Positions 1-12,278 of a stretch of 64,000 nt of DNA are shown piece by piece. A program made the position numbers and the translations under genes. The notes below the pieces were generated by a model that had not been told where the DNA came from, ran no database searches, and saw only the letters and a list, made by a program, of their open reading frames with translations. The stretch comes from Azolla caroliniana. Lineage: Eukaryota > Plantae > Polypodiophyta. The stretch spans positions 12,152,001-12,216,000 of the forward strand of contig JBHGNT010000020.1 in the NCBI GenBank assembly GCA_043228905.1. Reading direction: 5' to 3'. Positions within the stretch are counted from its first letter, which is position 1. Every line of letters begins with the position of its first letter.

Positions 1-1026
1 ACGAGGCATTGCTCGCCAATTTTCTACACCCAATACTCCTCAACAAAATGGATTTGTGGAAAGGAAGAACCGGATAGTCCAAGAGATGGCTTGTACAATG
101 CTATCTCAATCTGATCTTCCTCTCTCATTTTGGGGTGAAGCTGTCAACACAGCAGTCTACATCATCAACTGCTGCCCAACAGAAGAAGTTGCTGCAATGA
201 CCCTTGCAGAAGCATTTACAGGTGTAAAGCCCTCAGTATCTCATTTTAAAGTCTTTGGTTGTGATGCCTATGTTCACATTTCAGATCATAAAAGGACTAA
301 ATTTGAGTTCAAAACCAAGAAATGCAAAATTTCTTGGTTACAACACACAATCTAAAGCCTACAGGTTATGGGATTTAGAATCAAAGTCCCTAGTCATCTC
401 TAGGGATGTTCATTTTGTGGAGTCCCAGCAGGATGACTCTAGGATTTCACCTGAGTTCAAGGTTGAAATCCCAGCTCCTCCGGAATCTCCTATTTTAGAC
501 GAAGATTGCTCACCTTCAAATCCCCCATCTCCTCCTACTCAATCTCTAACTTCGCCAACAATTCAAACCTCTCCCTCAACTCCGCTCGTTTCCCCTCCCT
601 CTACACACCACTTCCCAAGTGGCTTCGAGCCACCATTCATGATTCTCATCTCTCCAATGCTGAACTTCATGAGTATACGTTTGGTTCTTTGTCCAACATG
701 AAAAGAACACGTAAGTCACAACAGCCTCTTTACTCATGCAACTTTGCCTTACTGTGCACTGTTGTGCAATCACAAGAACCCACAACAGCAAACGAGGCCT
801 TGTTCTTCCAAAGTGGAAAGCAACAATGGAAGTTGGACTTGATTCCATTGAGCGGAATCATACATGGGACCTGGTCCCACGGTCTACTCACAAGTTATCA
901 ACTTGGCATATTGTCCTACTCAAGAAAATGTGGCTGATTTATTTCCTAAGCCACTTTCAAGGCAAGCCATTGATCAACTCCTTGGTCGACTCAATGTTGG
1001 ACCGCCGTTCTGGAGCTGAGAGGAGG
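1..1026 (+). mobile_element. Ty1/copia LTR retrotransposon internal region (integrase C-terminus, RT almost entirely deleted, RNase H C-terminus), degenerate, in an intron of the RF3 gene
   Basis: Frame from nt 2 reads STPNTPQQNGFVERKNRIVQEMACTML...FWGEAVNTAVYIIN...HFKVFGCDAYVHI (copia integrase). It continues through frameshifts into FLGY..SKAYRLWD..ISRDVHFVE, EPTT..EAL and NHTWDLVP. Then it jumps directly to LAYCPTQENVADLFPKPL (RNase H end), followed by a purine tract GAGAGGAGG at 1018-1026. Confidence 0.9.
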
Positions 1027-1416
1027 TGTTGGAGGGTGGCAACTCCAGACTTGCACTCTCTTTCATCTTTATTATCGCTGTTCTACATTCTCTCTCTTCC
1101 TAGATTCTTCCCTCTCTAGAATTTGCAACTCGTTAAATGCCTTCTCTCTCTAGAATCCTTGTCCTTGATGCTTTGCTTCTTTTGTGCTCTGCTTCATGTC
1201 TTCTCGAATCATTCTTTTTAAATTACAATGGTGTAGTTAAAATGAATGAAGCTCCTAAATCTCTCTACGTTTACATAGTAAAGTAAGAGACTGCACATGT
1301 GGAAATAAAGGATCAACCATAAGCTACAATCAGGATGGCATTATGAAACACCGAGAATGCTCACTAGAAACCTCCTGAATAACTAAACAACCCTTAAAAC
1401 CTTGGGAATCCTCACA
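1027..1416 (+). mobile_element. Putative 3' LTR of the copia element
   Basis: Begins TGTTGG immediately after the polypurine tract. A plausible ...CTCACA end lies at 1416. The right boundary is inferred because the 5' LTR is outside the window. Confidence 0.6.
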
Positions 1417-1540
1417 GGTGTTTTGCATGGCTACACATTTTTTTGCAGGACATGACGTTTAACATTCTAACAGCATTCAAGGAAATTAAGCAGCAACCAC
1501 AACAAATGCCAATGATTATGTTATTTTTTAAACTTTACAG

Positions 1541-4500
1541 GCCAGTTTACAAAGGGCATGAAAGTACAACTGGCACGGACAGGAAGAACAGTATCTTTGA
1601 CAAGACCCCAAAAGATGTTTGCTCAAGATCGTACAACTATAGAGACTGGCTTTGCTGGAGATGGTGAAATCCGAATATATATTTTTCTAATTTGTGATTT
1701 TAGTTTTTCTGTTTCTAATCCAAGACTTATTGCTCTCAGTTATTGGGTTGAATAATCCAAATACATTTGCCATTGGAGATACGATATACACAGGTCCACG
1801 TGTTCGATATCCTGGAATACCTTCTTTCTCTCCGGAGTTGTTCAGCTACATGCGAAATCCCAACCCTTCTAAATACAAGCAGTTTCAAAAGGGGCTTACA
1901 GAGCTTCTGGGAGAGGGTGCAGTTCAGGTGGATGTTCAGCCTGCCTGAGACCTTTAAAATTAATTTACCTCAATCTAATCCTCTGTTATGTACTATTCTG
2001 TTGAATTTCCAGATCAACATTCTCTGAGTCTTCTCTTTTGGATTAGGTGCTTTACTCCATTGATTCAGGAAGAACTGATCCGATTCTGGCAGCTGTTGGG
2101 CAACTGCAATTTGAGGTTAAATTATTTGCATTCTTTTACTGATTTACTATCTTTTTTCATTCCAGATGCTACAATATGCCAAAACACTATGTGTAAATAC
2201 CTAAACATTTACTCATATATGTGGACACAATGTAATCGAGCATTTAGTGATAGATGTGTACACAAAATAATCAAAATTGAAGGGGAATGTCAAATGCAGG
2301 ATGTTTAATAAGAACATTGCTTCCTTGGATGTGTGCATATGGCTCATTATGAGTTTGATGGTTGCCAGTAACATGGATAATGTGAGACCATTATCCCAAG
2401 TGTTCTTCTAGATACTTAAGAGTGTCTCCCAACCTCCTTCAGAGTGGCTAAATTATAGCTGAGAGGTCATCTATGTAAAATCCGTGGTCTTATTCAAAGA
2501 ATGGTGAGTGGAAGCTTATTTTTATTGACATGTGTCATTTTCACTTAGAATTCACTCCTACCATGGGTTTACAAGGATGGGGATGAGACAAAAATGTCCA
2601 TTCCCTGTGATTTCAACTGAGGGTTTCATATCCTGATTAGCTATGCAACCATACTGTTGTTTTGGATATTTTCAGTAAAACTACATTTTGTTATGATTGA
2701 AAGGACTTTAAATTATTATGAAATTGAAATCCAGTAAGCACACACATGGCTTTTCCTTTTATTTCAATTAGTATAATAGGGAACAATGCTTCACATCTTG
2801 GTATGCGCAAATGTCATCTTGGTATGTCTGTGAGTAATAATGTATACCAGTGGTGTAAGGACTTCCTAGCAATGAGCTATTGACGTGTCAAAAGATAATA
2901 ACTTATTTTTAGGCTAGTTTAATTCTAGTTCTAATGGAAGGGCTTCCTAGACCTATTGACATGTCAAAAGACAATAACTTATTTTTATGCTAGTTTAATT
3001 CTACTTCTAATGGAAGGGCTTCCTAGACCTATTGACATGTCAAAAGACAATAACTTATTTTTATGCTAGTTTAATTCTACTTCTAATGGAACAGCTTGGC
3101 AACTAGATACTGAAGTATTAACTATAGTTTCCCAGAACATGAGCTTGAACTGCGATGCTGTAATGTATTATATTTTCTGTCCATAGATTGCCTTCCAAGA
3201 GACTAATATTCGTGTGGTTTTCTCACAGGTGCTGCAATACCGAATGTTGAGTGAATATGGTGTAGAAATACAACTTGAACCTCTAGGTTACAGTGTTGCT
3301 AGATGGGTAATGGCTGGTTGGTCTGCCATAGAGAAATCTGGGAAGCTTTACAATTGCGCGACAGTAAAAGATTGGGTAAGGAGTTTACCCAGCTCATTAT
3401 TTCCATTTTAACTTTCAAGTATCATAACAATTGATATTGTTTGTGACAGTGGGGAAGGCCTGTTTTGCTTTTTCGAAATGAATGGAGTGTATCACAGTTA
3501 CTGGTAATCCCGCTTTGCTTTTAATGTCCGTAATATTTCAACACCAATCAATTCCATGTTCATTCTGCTCTAGGTCACACAAATTCCAGTAATAAAAATA
3601 TTTTCGTGAACGGTGTCTCCTTTAAATATTTCAATCTTTTCTTATTGTCTAAGAAACAAGAAACTAGATTTCCTGAACAAGGACAAATACCAGCACAAGT
3701 AGCTGCCCTCCACTGCGAACACCTTAAGTCTAATGTGTAAAGATTATATCTGCAGCTGTGTCCAAAGGTCTCTGAAGATTCTTTCCACTCAAGAATTTGT
3801 GGATCTCCTCCATGTTTTCTCTATCTGTGTCTTTACAGAAAGTATATGTTGGGTGGCAGCATGTATTCTGTTGAGGTCTACAATAATGAAGTGTACATAA
3901 TCTGCCACTACACCAATGGGTTTGGGTCTCATGTAGACAAGGCACAGGTGTTGTGAGAGTCAGAATATAATAAAATTCTGGTAGTACTGAAATCCACAGT
4001 AAAGGTTAAATGGTGCACAATTCACCGCTACACCGAAGGGTTAGGGTGATATCGATAGCTCATATAGACAAGGCACTAGAGTTGGGGAGTTAGAATATAA
4101 CATTGTGGTAGTGCCATGCCTATGTGGCCATACCTATGTGGAATGTAATTAAAACCCTGTCCTACTGCAGATCTGTGTAGACCATTCAAAATGGCCTCTC
4201 CATGTGATAATCTCATCCCGAAGAGATCTCTCTCATACTCTAGAAAGTGGAATAGATAAAACAGTCTCAATCATCTAATGTTTTGGTCTAGGCCTCACTA
4301 TTCATAGTAGTCATGCATTCTCTTTCATCATTTCATTCGGCTAAAGAAAAGTGTCTTCCTAGCTCAGATGGAGAAAGAAAGAAGGATATATTACATCTCC
4401 TAATAGACCAATTTTTTCCCATGAGATTGAATGAGGTTACATCTCAAAATGGTGTCTTATCTTGGAATACAACAAACCAAAGTAAATATAAAAAATAGTA

Positions 4501-5383
4501 AAACTGTTTAAGGTACCAGATATTTGGATTAGCTAAGCACAAGACCTTTCATAGCATTTGACTGTAGATATCTCTAGATAGCTGGTGAGTTTTGCAGTTT
4601 CCGTTTAGACAGACTTCCTGCGTTCCAATACTAAGATGCATTCAGAGGTTAACAAAGTCATCGTGCAAGATTCTATTCATCTAGAGACTCCACATGTGCT
4701 TGAATGTATTAGTTATGAAGATGATGTCCTTTAATACCATCTTCTCCATGTCACTCAAGATGGATTTATATACTACACCATGAACCATTGGAGAGATTCA
4801 CACTTCATTACAACAACGTGCGACAGATGAGTATTTAATGTACCTCCTGAGCAAAGGAGATGACAACTATGCCATACAGAGCCATAGTTGGAGCAAATAG
4901 CATGTGATGTACTTCTTCGTTAGGCAGGATTTGAATCGTTTCCCTGGGTCATGGATTCGGATGATCAGAGATGATTGGATTTGCAATTTATCACATCCTA
5001 GTTAGAAGGGCAACTACCTAGTTTAGGTACAATTTAAGTTTGATTTATTTTATTGGACATCTTATGAAATTCACATGGACGTTGGTGATCTTGTAGGTCA
5101 CATTAGTGATTTCATTTCATGTGTCCCTCTTTCACACACTCACATATTTCACTGAATTAGTCTTATTATACATGTGACTAATAGTCTCTATTATAATCCA
5201 TTGAGAGTTCTTGATGTGTTCAAGGTAATTGGTGTTAGAGATAAAAAGTGAAAACAGTTGAAATCTTGATAATGTGTTTCTTGATTAAATTTTTCATGTT
5301 TTTGAAAATGTTTGCAGGCTGAAAAGAAAGAGATAGGTGAACTGGCACCATATGCACTTCCTCCGGCAGATGGAAACCGGTAA
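1541..5383 (+). CDS. prfC: Peptide chain release factor 3 (bacterial/cyanobacterial type, probably plastid-targeted), 3' exons only
   Basis: GT-AG exons 1541-1663, 1740-1927, 2047-2115, 3229-3375, 3450-3503 and 5318-5383 join in frame. They give [57 protein letters not shown]...[10 protein letters not shown]...[17 protein letters not shown]...[25 protein letters not shown]...[12 protein letters not shown]...*, which are typical RF3 domain II/III motifs. Confidence 0.92.
2877..3091. repeat. 76-bp tandem repeat, ~2.8 copies, intronic
   Basis: CTATTGAC.TGTCAAAAGA...CTAATGGAA recurs at 2877, 2953 and 3029. Confidence 0.9.
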
Positions 5384-6034
5384 CAGTTGCAGTGCCCTTG
5401 AGGGCATATGTATATTTCAACATTTCTCATCAATGGATACACATTCTTTAATGAAAACCTAAATGAATATGTATATTGCCACATTTTGTTACCAATGTCT
5501 TATAGAAAGCTAAATGAATATGTGTATTTCCACATTCTATTAGCATTGTCTTAGGGCAATAGGATTGATTTGTGAAATTGATGGAGCAAATGTTAATCCA
5601 TGATGTCAAACTAAAAATTGGAGTTCTTCCATTGTTAATGGTTGTAACTCATGCTGTATGGCTGCACAACACAAGCTTTACCACTTAACCATGTTTACTT
5701 GGTTGTAAGCATAGAATGGACCATATGTATCATATGTGCATTTGCATTTGAGAATGATTCAATCAAACGTGTATGGTAAATCATCTCAAAGTTGGATTCG
5801 ATTGACTAGGGTCTATATTATATATTGATTCACTCTCAATCCTAATAAGTGGACTCTAATCCATTGTGAACCACCAACATAAGTATGGTTGCATTGTATC
5901 ACATGCATACTTTTAGGATGCTTCTTAAGAATCAAGACATCTCTATCATCCTCACTTTAGAACTTTACAAAAAAATGAGTATGAACTATAGAGATTGAAT
6001 CAAAATATGTCATTATAAATTATAATCAATAGTT

Positions 6035-6670
6035 CAAAAACTCATAAAATGTCTATTTGAGAATATGAAGAAAACATGACATAGGCAATAATAGCATAAC
6101 AATTTACTAGTAGGGTGACCTAATTTCTAATAACAAAGAAAGAAAAAAAAAGAAACAATCAAAAACTCATAAAATGTATATTGAGAATATGAAGAAAACA
6201 TGACATAGGTAGTAGTAGCATAATAACTTACCACTAGGGTGACTTAATTTCTAATAACAAAAAAAGAAAGAAAGAAAGAAAGAAAAAGGGACATGACACT
6301 AACATAAAATTTCGCCATTACATAGGCAGTAGTAGCATAACAACTTACCACTCGGGTGAGCTAATTTCTAATAAGAAAGAAAGAAAGAAAAAGAAGAAAA
6401 AGGAACATGACACTAACAAGAGGATATGAGTAAGTTGGGATTGAACCCAAGACACACGTAATAGTAGCACAACAACTTACCTCTAGATTATGCTTAGTTG
6501 TAATAATAAAAACATAAAAGAAAAAAACTATTATAACACTAACATAAAATTTTGCTAAGACATGGTACTAATGAGAGAAAGAGAAAGAGATGAGAAAATT
6601 AGGAATCGAACCCAAGACATAGACAACAATAACATGACACCTTACCACTAGGGTGAGCTAAGTTGATAAT
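6035..6670 (-). repeat. Array of ~5 degenerate tRNA-derived (SINE-head-like) units
   Basis: The minus strand of 6601-6660 reads TAGCTCACCCTAGTGGTAAGG...CTTGGGTTCGATTCCT, i.e. a D-loop/A-box-like motif plus a B-box. Related units lie at ~6104, 6228, 6345 and 6477, separated by A-rich tracts on the + strand. Confidence 0.5.
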
Positions 6671-9600
6671 AAATGAAAAAAAAGGGAAAAAAAGGAGAAT
6701 GTATTTTTCCCATTTCAAACCTGTTCATTTCCAAACGTTGGAATGCTTGCACGAACACGGATATTACGTTCTATGGTTGTAAGTCAAGAAAGCAGAGAAA
6801 TTAAAACATGCTTGGATTCATACGGACATTCAAAAAACGATATGTGCTTAGTTCCTTTATGCTTCCTTATATAGACTACCCTTCAAATCCACACCATCTA
6901 CTAGCCATTGCACCCATTCAATCTCCTCATTACCATTCAAACTTTTTACTATGAGGAATTTTCCCTCCCTCACAACAACTAGCCATACAGTCTCCCCACA
7001 TCTAATGTTTAACCTATCATGACCTTATGAAGTGTAGCTCTATGTACCTTCTAGATGCTATCCTTATGAAGTTCATCATGTTCAATCATTGGGTGACATA
7101 GTCGACGCGCCTACTTCTTGCTGTGTCCATGACAATGCTTCAACAAATGTTTGAGATTGCCAACTTTTTTATTGACTTTGGCATTTGCTTTCAACTGAAT
7201 CATGATCGTCAAGATGAACCCGTGAGGTTTGAGTGAGGCAAGAACTGATTGTGATTGATTGGTTGGAATGCAATTAGAGTATAGAGCATATGTAGCATGA
7301 TTATATGAGCAAGCTAATTGAAAATGGATAGTGGCTTCTCAATGTACTTTTTGAGCAACAAGGAGGTCAAGCAAGGGTGTTGACTCTTTCCGAAAACAAA
7401 AATGATGACGATAAAGGCAATACAAGCAAGGCACTAACCCACTTTTACACACAAGGAGAACAAATACAAGTGGTACCCCTTCATTTCTTATGACAAATAT
7501 TTTGACATGTCTTCTAGCCTTGGGAGGAGGAAGTGTCGTTTGCTATGTATTGATGAGGTAAACTTTATGCATCCATGGTGAATACATTTAGTGTTGGCCC
7601 AGTGTCACTTGCCTCCAAACACAAACCTTTATACTCACATATTGTAACAAAAAACTCACACATTGACCAATGTATTAGAGCACAAAAGGAAAATAGGTAA
7701 TTTATGAGGCCTTATTATGGAAAGCTAATCCATATGCAAATGAGGTTGAGGGTTATGTCATGAACTTCTCCCTTAGTAAAGATGTGAAATCAAATTGGAA
7801 GCAATTGAAAGATGTCATTCTCTAGGTACAATATCAACATTTTAGTGCATGTGTAGGTGGACATTGGATGCTTAATTTCCCATGCAATTCAATGCAAGGG
7901 TCATCTCAGAATTTTCAAGTTTGCAAATAATAAAAATGAGGTGAAAAAGCTTTCTTGACAAAAAGGAAGATATAAATGGCGAGCTCACAAATGCAAAGAT
8001 GGAAGTTGGAACAATAAGTATGCGAGCTTTATATGCATGATGGGATATTGCTTGTGACATTGAGTACTGAAACACCATGTAAGGCATGTGCATCTATTGA
8101 AGATGTTAATAGGGGGGCCAAAATATGTCTAATTGCAAAGCTGTGGGTACAACTTTAATGACAAGTGTGCTCTTGAAATGGACAAGAGCATAAACTCATC
8201 AATGGATTACAACTACCATGGGTCAAGCTATGAAGCAAAGTTTCTCAAAAGATTGGGTCGTGAATTGGATCAAACCAATCTATAAAGGAGGAGAACAAAA
8301 TTTGGTATCCAAGTACTCCTATTATCATGATTAGCTCAATTATGGCCACGTCTTTTAGCACTATCAAAGAACAAACGATTAGCTCATGGGCTAGTCTTTC
8401 ATCTATGCAATGATAAATTGAAGAAATATTAAATAAGGCTGCAAAAGAAGAAAGATTAGATGGTTCACAAATAGGTGGAGTGCATGTTATGAATCTAGAG
8501 TTCAAGCAAGTTAGAATAGTTGTGATATGTTTGAGAACCAATGCGACCAAACTAATGATTGAGGATGGTAAGTGAGATTGATGTTATTCAATGCTATGGT
8601 GGTCCAAGTTTTGCTTTATGGGGTGGCACTACCTCACTCAGTGCATGGAATGAAGCAAAGAAAATCCAAAAAATGTTTTTACAATTGGGAGGTAAAATCC
8701 TAAACATCCAGTCATATCATGCTATTAGAAACAAGTGCTTGATTCATAGAGGTACTGGCCATGCAAAAAGTATACAAGTATATCACAAAAGTCAAGAATA
8801 TTCCCAATCGTAGATTGCCCAAATGAGTTTGGAACATAGGATGTAGGGTACAAAAAACTGATAAAGAGCAATTTGGTTGAGTGCTTGCCATTAATGAAAT
8901 GGATTAAGAGATTGGGAGCAGAAGATCTCTTGGAGCTCTCATGTCAGGTTACGAAGTTATATGTGATCATTGAGCTCGTTTCTTGCTAAAATGGAGCGGT
9001 TCGTCGATGCTACACATAATGGATGGTAAAGTTAAGTGGAATTATCAACCACCACGGTGGTTGTTCCCTCCAAGTGTACCTAACATGTAGATGGGTGCTG
9101 CCATGAGGAGTGAATGGAGGACATCTATGCTGAATTTTGTTTGTATGAGGCTCACGTGGAGAATATGGGTTCGAGTAATGCTATACACATCGAATGATGT
9201 GGTGCTTTGGAGTTGTTTTTTTGTTGTTGTTTCATCTACACATATTGTTTTCCTTCGACATGTAAGATGTCTTGTAAGATATGAGTTGTGGAAAAGAAAA
9301 AATATTTGATCATTGAGAATAGATTAATACTCGAGGCACTAAGGGTGAAAAAGTGGCGAGGTGTTAGAATGACATTGCAAATATTAACCCCCAATACAAG
9401 CAAACAAAATGCCAGATTGCATCTCACTAACCCCATGAGCCTTGCCCCTTGACACTTCGGCGAACTCGCTTACACAAGTTAGATAGATGTCGAGGTAGCA
9501 GCATGGCATATGAGTGCGCAAACAAACAGGGAAGCTATACAAGAATAATATATGAATGCAATGGGATGAATATCACTTGCTTATCACATGCTCAGAGCGT

Positions 9601-9923
9601 GCGGCAGCTAAAGTTTCGCCGCAAGTATGATGATGATGACTTTGTCGGAGAGTCGAGACAGATACACAGAACAGACAGACGGGGCATGATGATGTGAGCG
9701 TCATTATCAGGACTTAGAGATTTCCGCCACCGAGAGAGAAGGGTGAGGCACATTCATGTGTGTGTGTGTGTGTTCACATTTCGAGTTTTGTTTTGTTTTA
9801 CTACAGTGATTGGGCGGCTGCAAAGCCCGACTGCCCGCCCAATTTCTGGCCGCCCGCCCGATTGCCGCCCAATTGCCCGCCCAATTTCCGGCCGCTCGAT
9901 TGCCCGGCCAAAGCTTAGCATGT

Positions 9924-10186
9924 GCTTCTTCTTATTCTTCTTCTTCTTCTTCTTCTTCTTCTTCTTCTTCATCTTCTTCCTGCTTCTTCTTCTTCTTCTT
10001 CTTCTGATGATGAGCTTAAGGATGGATGCATGTGCAGGAAGTAGGGCAGGACAGAGCAGAGCAGAGCATAGCTCCTCCTCCTCCTCCTCCTCCTCCTCCT
10101 CCTCCTTCTGTCTTTCCCTCTCTTCTCTGCTTCTCTTCATTCCTCCTCACAAGCAGCAGATCTAATCCCCCCCCCCCCCCCCCCCT
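9924..10186. repeat. Microsatellites (CTT)n, (CCT)n and poly-C upstream of the Alfin-like gene
   Basis: Directly visible. They explain the spurious poly-F/K/S/P ORFs in the ORF track. Confidence 0.95.
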
Positions 10187-10405
10187 TCCTTCTCCTCAGG
10201 AAGACACCGATCCCTCTCTTCATTCTTCTCTTTCTTTTGTCTGTCGAGGCACACCCACCCCTGATCGATCCTGAAACTAGAGCTTCTCCCATGGATCTCA
10301 TCCCCCCATCGAATTCTTTGTGTTCTCTCTGAATACCTTCTTAAGCCTCTCCCTTCTGGTCCCTTTCTCAGCTCTCACCTCCATATCTATCTATCTCTAT
10401 ATCCC

Positions 10406-12278
10406 ATGGAAGCAACCACTCTCCCCACAACTATCGAAGATATCCTTAAAGACTACAAATCTCGCAGAGAAGGCCTCCTAAAAGCCCTTACCACAGGCGA
10501 GTCTTTCTTTCCCTTTCTCTTTTTGTCTCCTTCCTTACTCCAGTTTTTCTTTTCTCTGATTCGCATCGTTTTTCTTCCTTCCCTGCAGATGTAGAAGAAT
10601 TCTACCAGCAGTGTGATCCTGGTAAGTCATATCATTTGTTATATTTTTCCTTCTTTTATCGTCTCCTCCACATGTAGGGGTTTGATGTGCATAAAATCGA
10701 CCAATGAAAAGGATATTTGAGATCTTTCTTCATATAAAGGATCATATTTTGATCTAAGTAAAATTAAGATTCGAGTTTCTTAAGCCATGGTTTCTTGATT
10801 ACTCTCTCCCTTATGGTTGTCCTTTGTCATCTTAGATAAGGAGAATCTATGTCTTTATGGGCATCCGGATGAAACATGGGAGGTAAATTTGCCCGCAGAA
10901 GAAGTACCTCCTGAGCTTCCCGAGCCTGCGTTGGGCATTAACTTTCCCAGAGATGGTCTGGAACGCAGAGATTGGATCTCTCTGGTTGCAGTGCACAGTG
11001 ATGTGTGGCTTCTTTCTGTCTCATCCTTCTACGCAGCTCGATTCGATAGAAGCGAAAGGTAACATAAATTTCTTATTTTTTTCTGAAATCTTTACAGGTA
11101 TTGATTGTGAAAAGGAATTTGATCATCTCTCCTTATATGGAAAAGTTTGTCATGTGTGCTTGTAAGGATACAAGTTGTTCCTGTTTGCTAGAATATGAGT
11201 AAGTTTGTATGTGCCTGCTTACCTGGACAAGATTGATCATATTTTCTTTAATGGAAACATTTATTGTGTTCCATTGAATAATATTAAATTAAATCATGTT
11301 TGCAAATATGGAGAGAGACGTTTGATCATGTCTGCATATATGGAGAAGCTTGGTCATCTTTACATATATGGAAAAGTTTGATCATCTGTGGACATGGAAA
11401 AGCTATGATGTTATGATTGTGTAAAAACATCAGGCTTATATGAATGTGTTTGTTATGCCGTGGTAATAATGGATTACTTTTGGAAGGAACATGTTGAATC
11501 AATAAGAACCAACATTTTGTTCATTCGAAAGAAGTGTGTTAATTTAAAAAGCAATCATGTCACCGTGGTGGAGAAATATCCTGGTCATTACTACTTTAGC
11601 AGGATCATGCTGAATTAACGAGCAATCACAACACTGTGTCAGCAAAAATCATGTCTGTGAATTTATTCTGGTGTATGGCTTTAGGAAGTAGAGTTTACTT
11701 ACTATCCAGTTATCTAATACTTTGATCTAAGGTTGCATTGAAACCTTATATCTTGATATGTCCAGGAAACGCCTTTTTAACATGATAAACGAGCTTCCAA
11801 CTGTACTCGATGTAGTTTCGGGCAGGAAACGATCATCATCAAAAGAGAAATCTTCAGTGACCAATGGAAACAAGTCCAAATCATCAGGGAAATCAGTGAG
11901 TATTATCAATAACAATGTAGGGGATTCTAAGTATGAAATATCAACTCAATTTCTGAGTTGGCATTGTGTTTCTTGAATCAGGGAAAACCTGTGAAGCAAT
12001 CTGCTGCACCTCCTCCCAAGGAAGAAAAGGAGGAAGCAAAAGAACTAGAGGTAGAACATGTAGAAGAAGAAGAAGAAGATAATGAAGAGCATGGCGACAC
12101 TTTCTGTGGCACATGTGGTGGACCTTATACGAGTGATGAGTTCTGGATTGGGTGTGATATTTGTGAAAAGTGGTATCATGGGAAGTGTGTGAAGATCACT
12201 CCAGCTAAAGCTGAACACATAGAACAGTATAAGTGTCCTTCATGCATTGGCAACAATAAGAGGCATCGCCCTTCTTAA
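10406..12278 (+). CDS. Alfin-like PHD finger protein (PAL/Alfin domain + H3K4me-type PHD)
   Basis: Exons 10406-10496, 10589-10621, 10836-11058, 11766-11895 and 11982-12278. Translation: ...[59 protein letters not shown]...VAVHSD...[13 protein letters not shown]...[47 protein letters not shown]. Confidence 0.96.

Noticed and set aside
6601-6660. Functional tRNA gene
   Set aside because: Acceptor and anticodon stems cannot be formed. It is kept only as a tRNA-derived repeat.
7400-9300. Possible decayed hAT-like transposase (fragments such as SNCKAVG and WWSK)
   Set aside because: Too degenerate to support by eye, and no TIR or TSD was found. It needs a translated HMM search.
9743-10274. ORFs with poly-F/K/S/P/E runs
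   Set aside because: They are translations of (CTT)n, (CCT)n and poly-C microsatellites.
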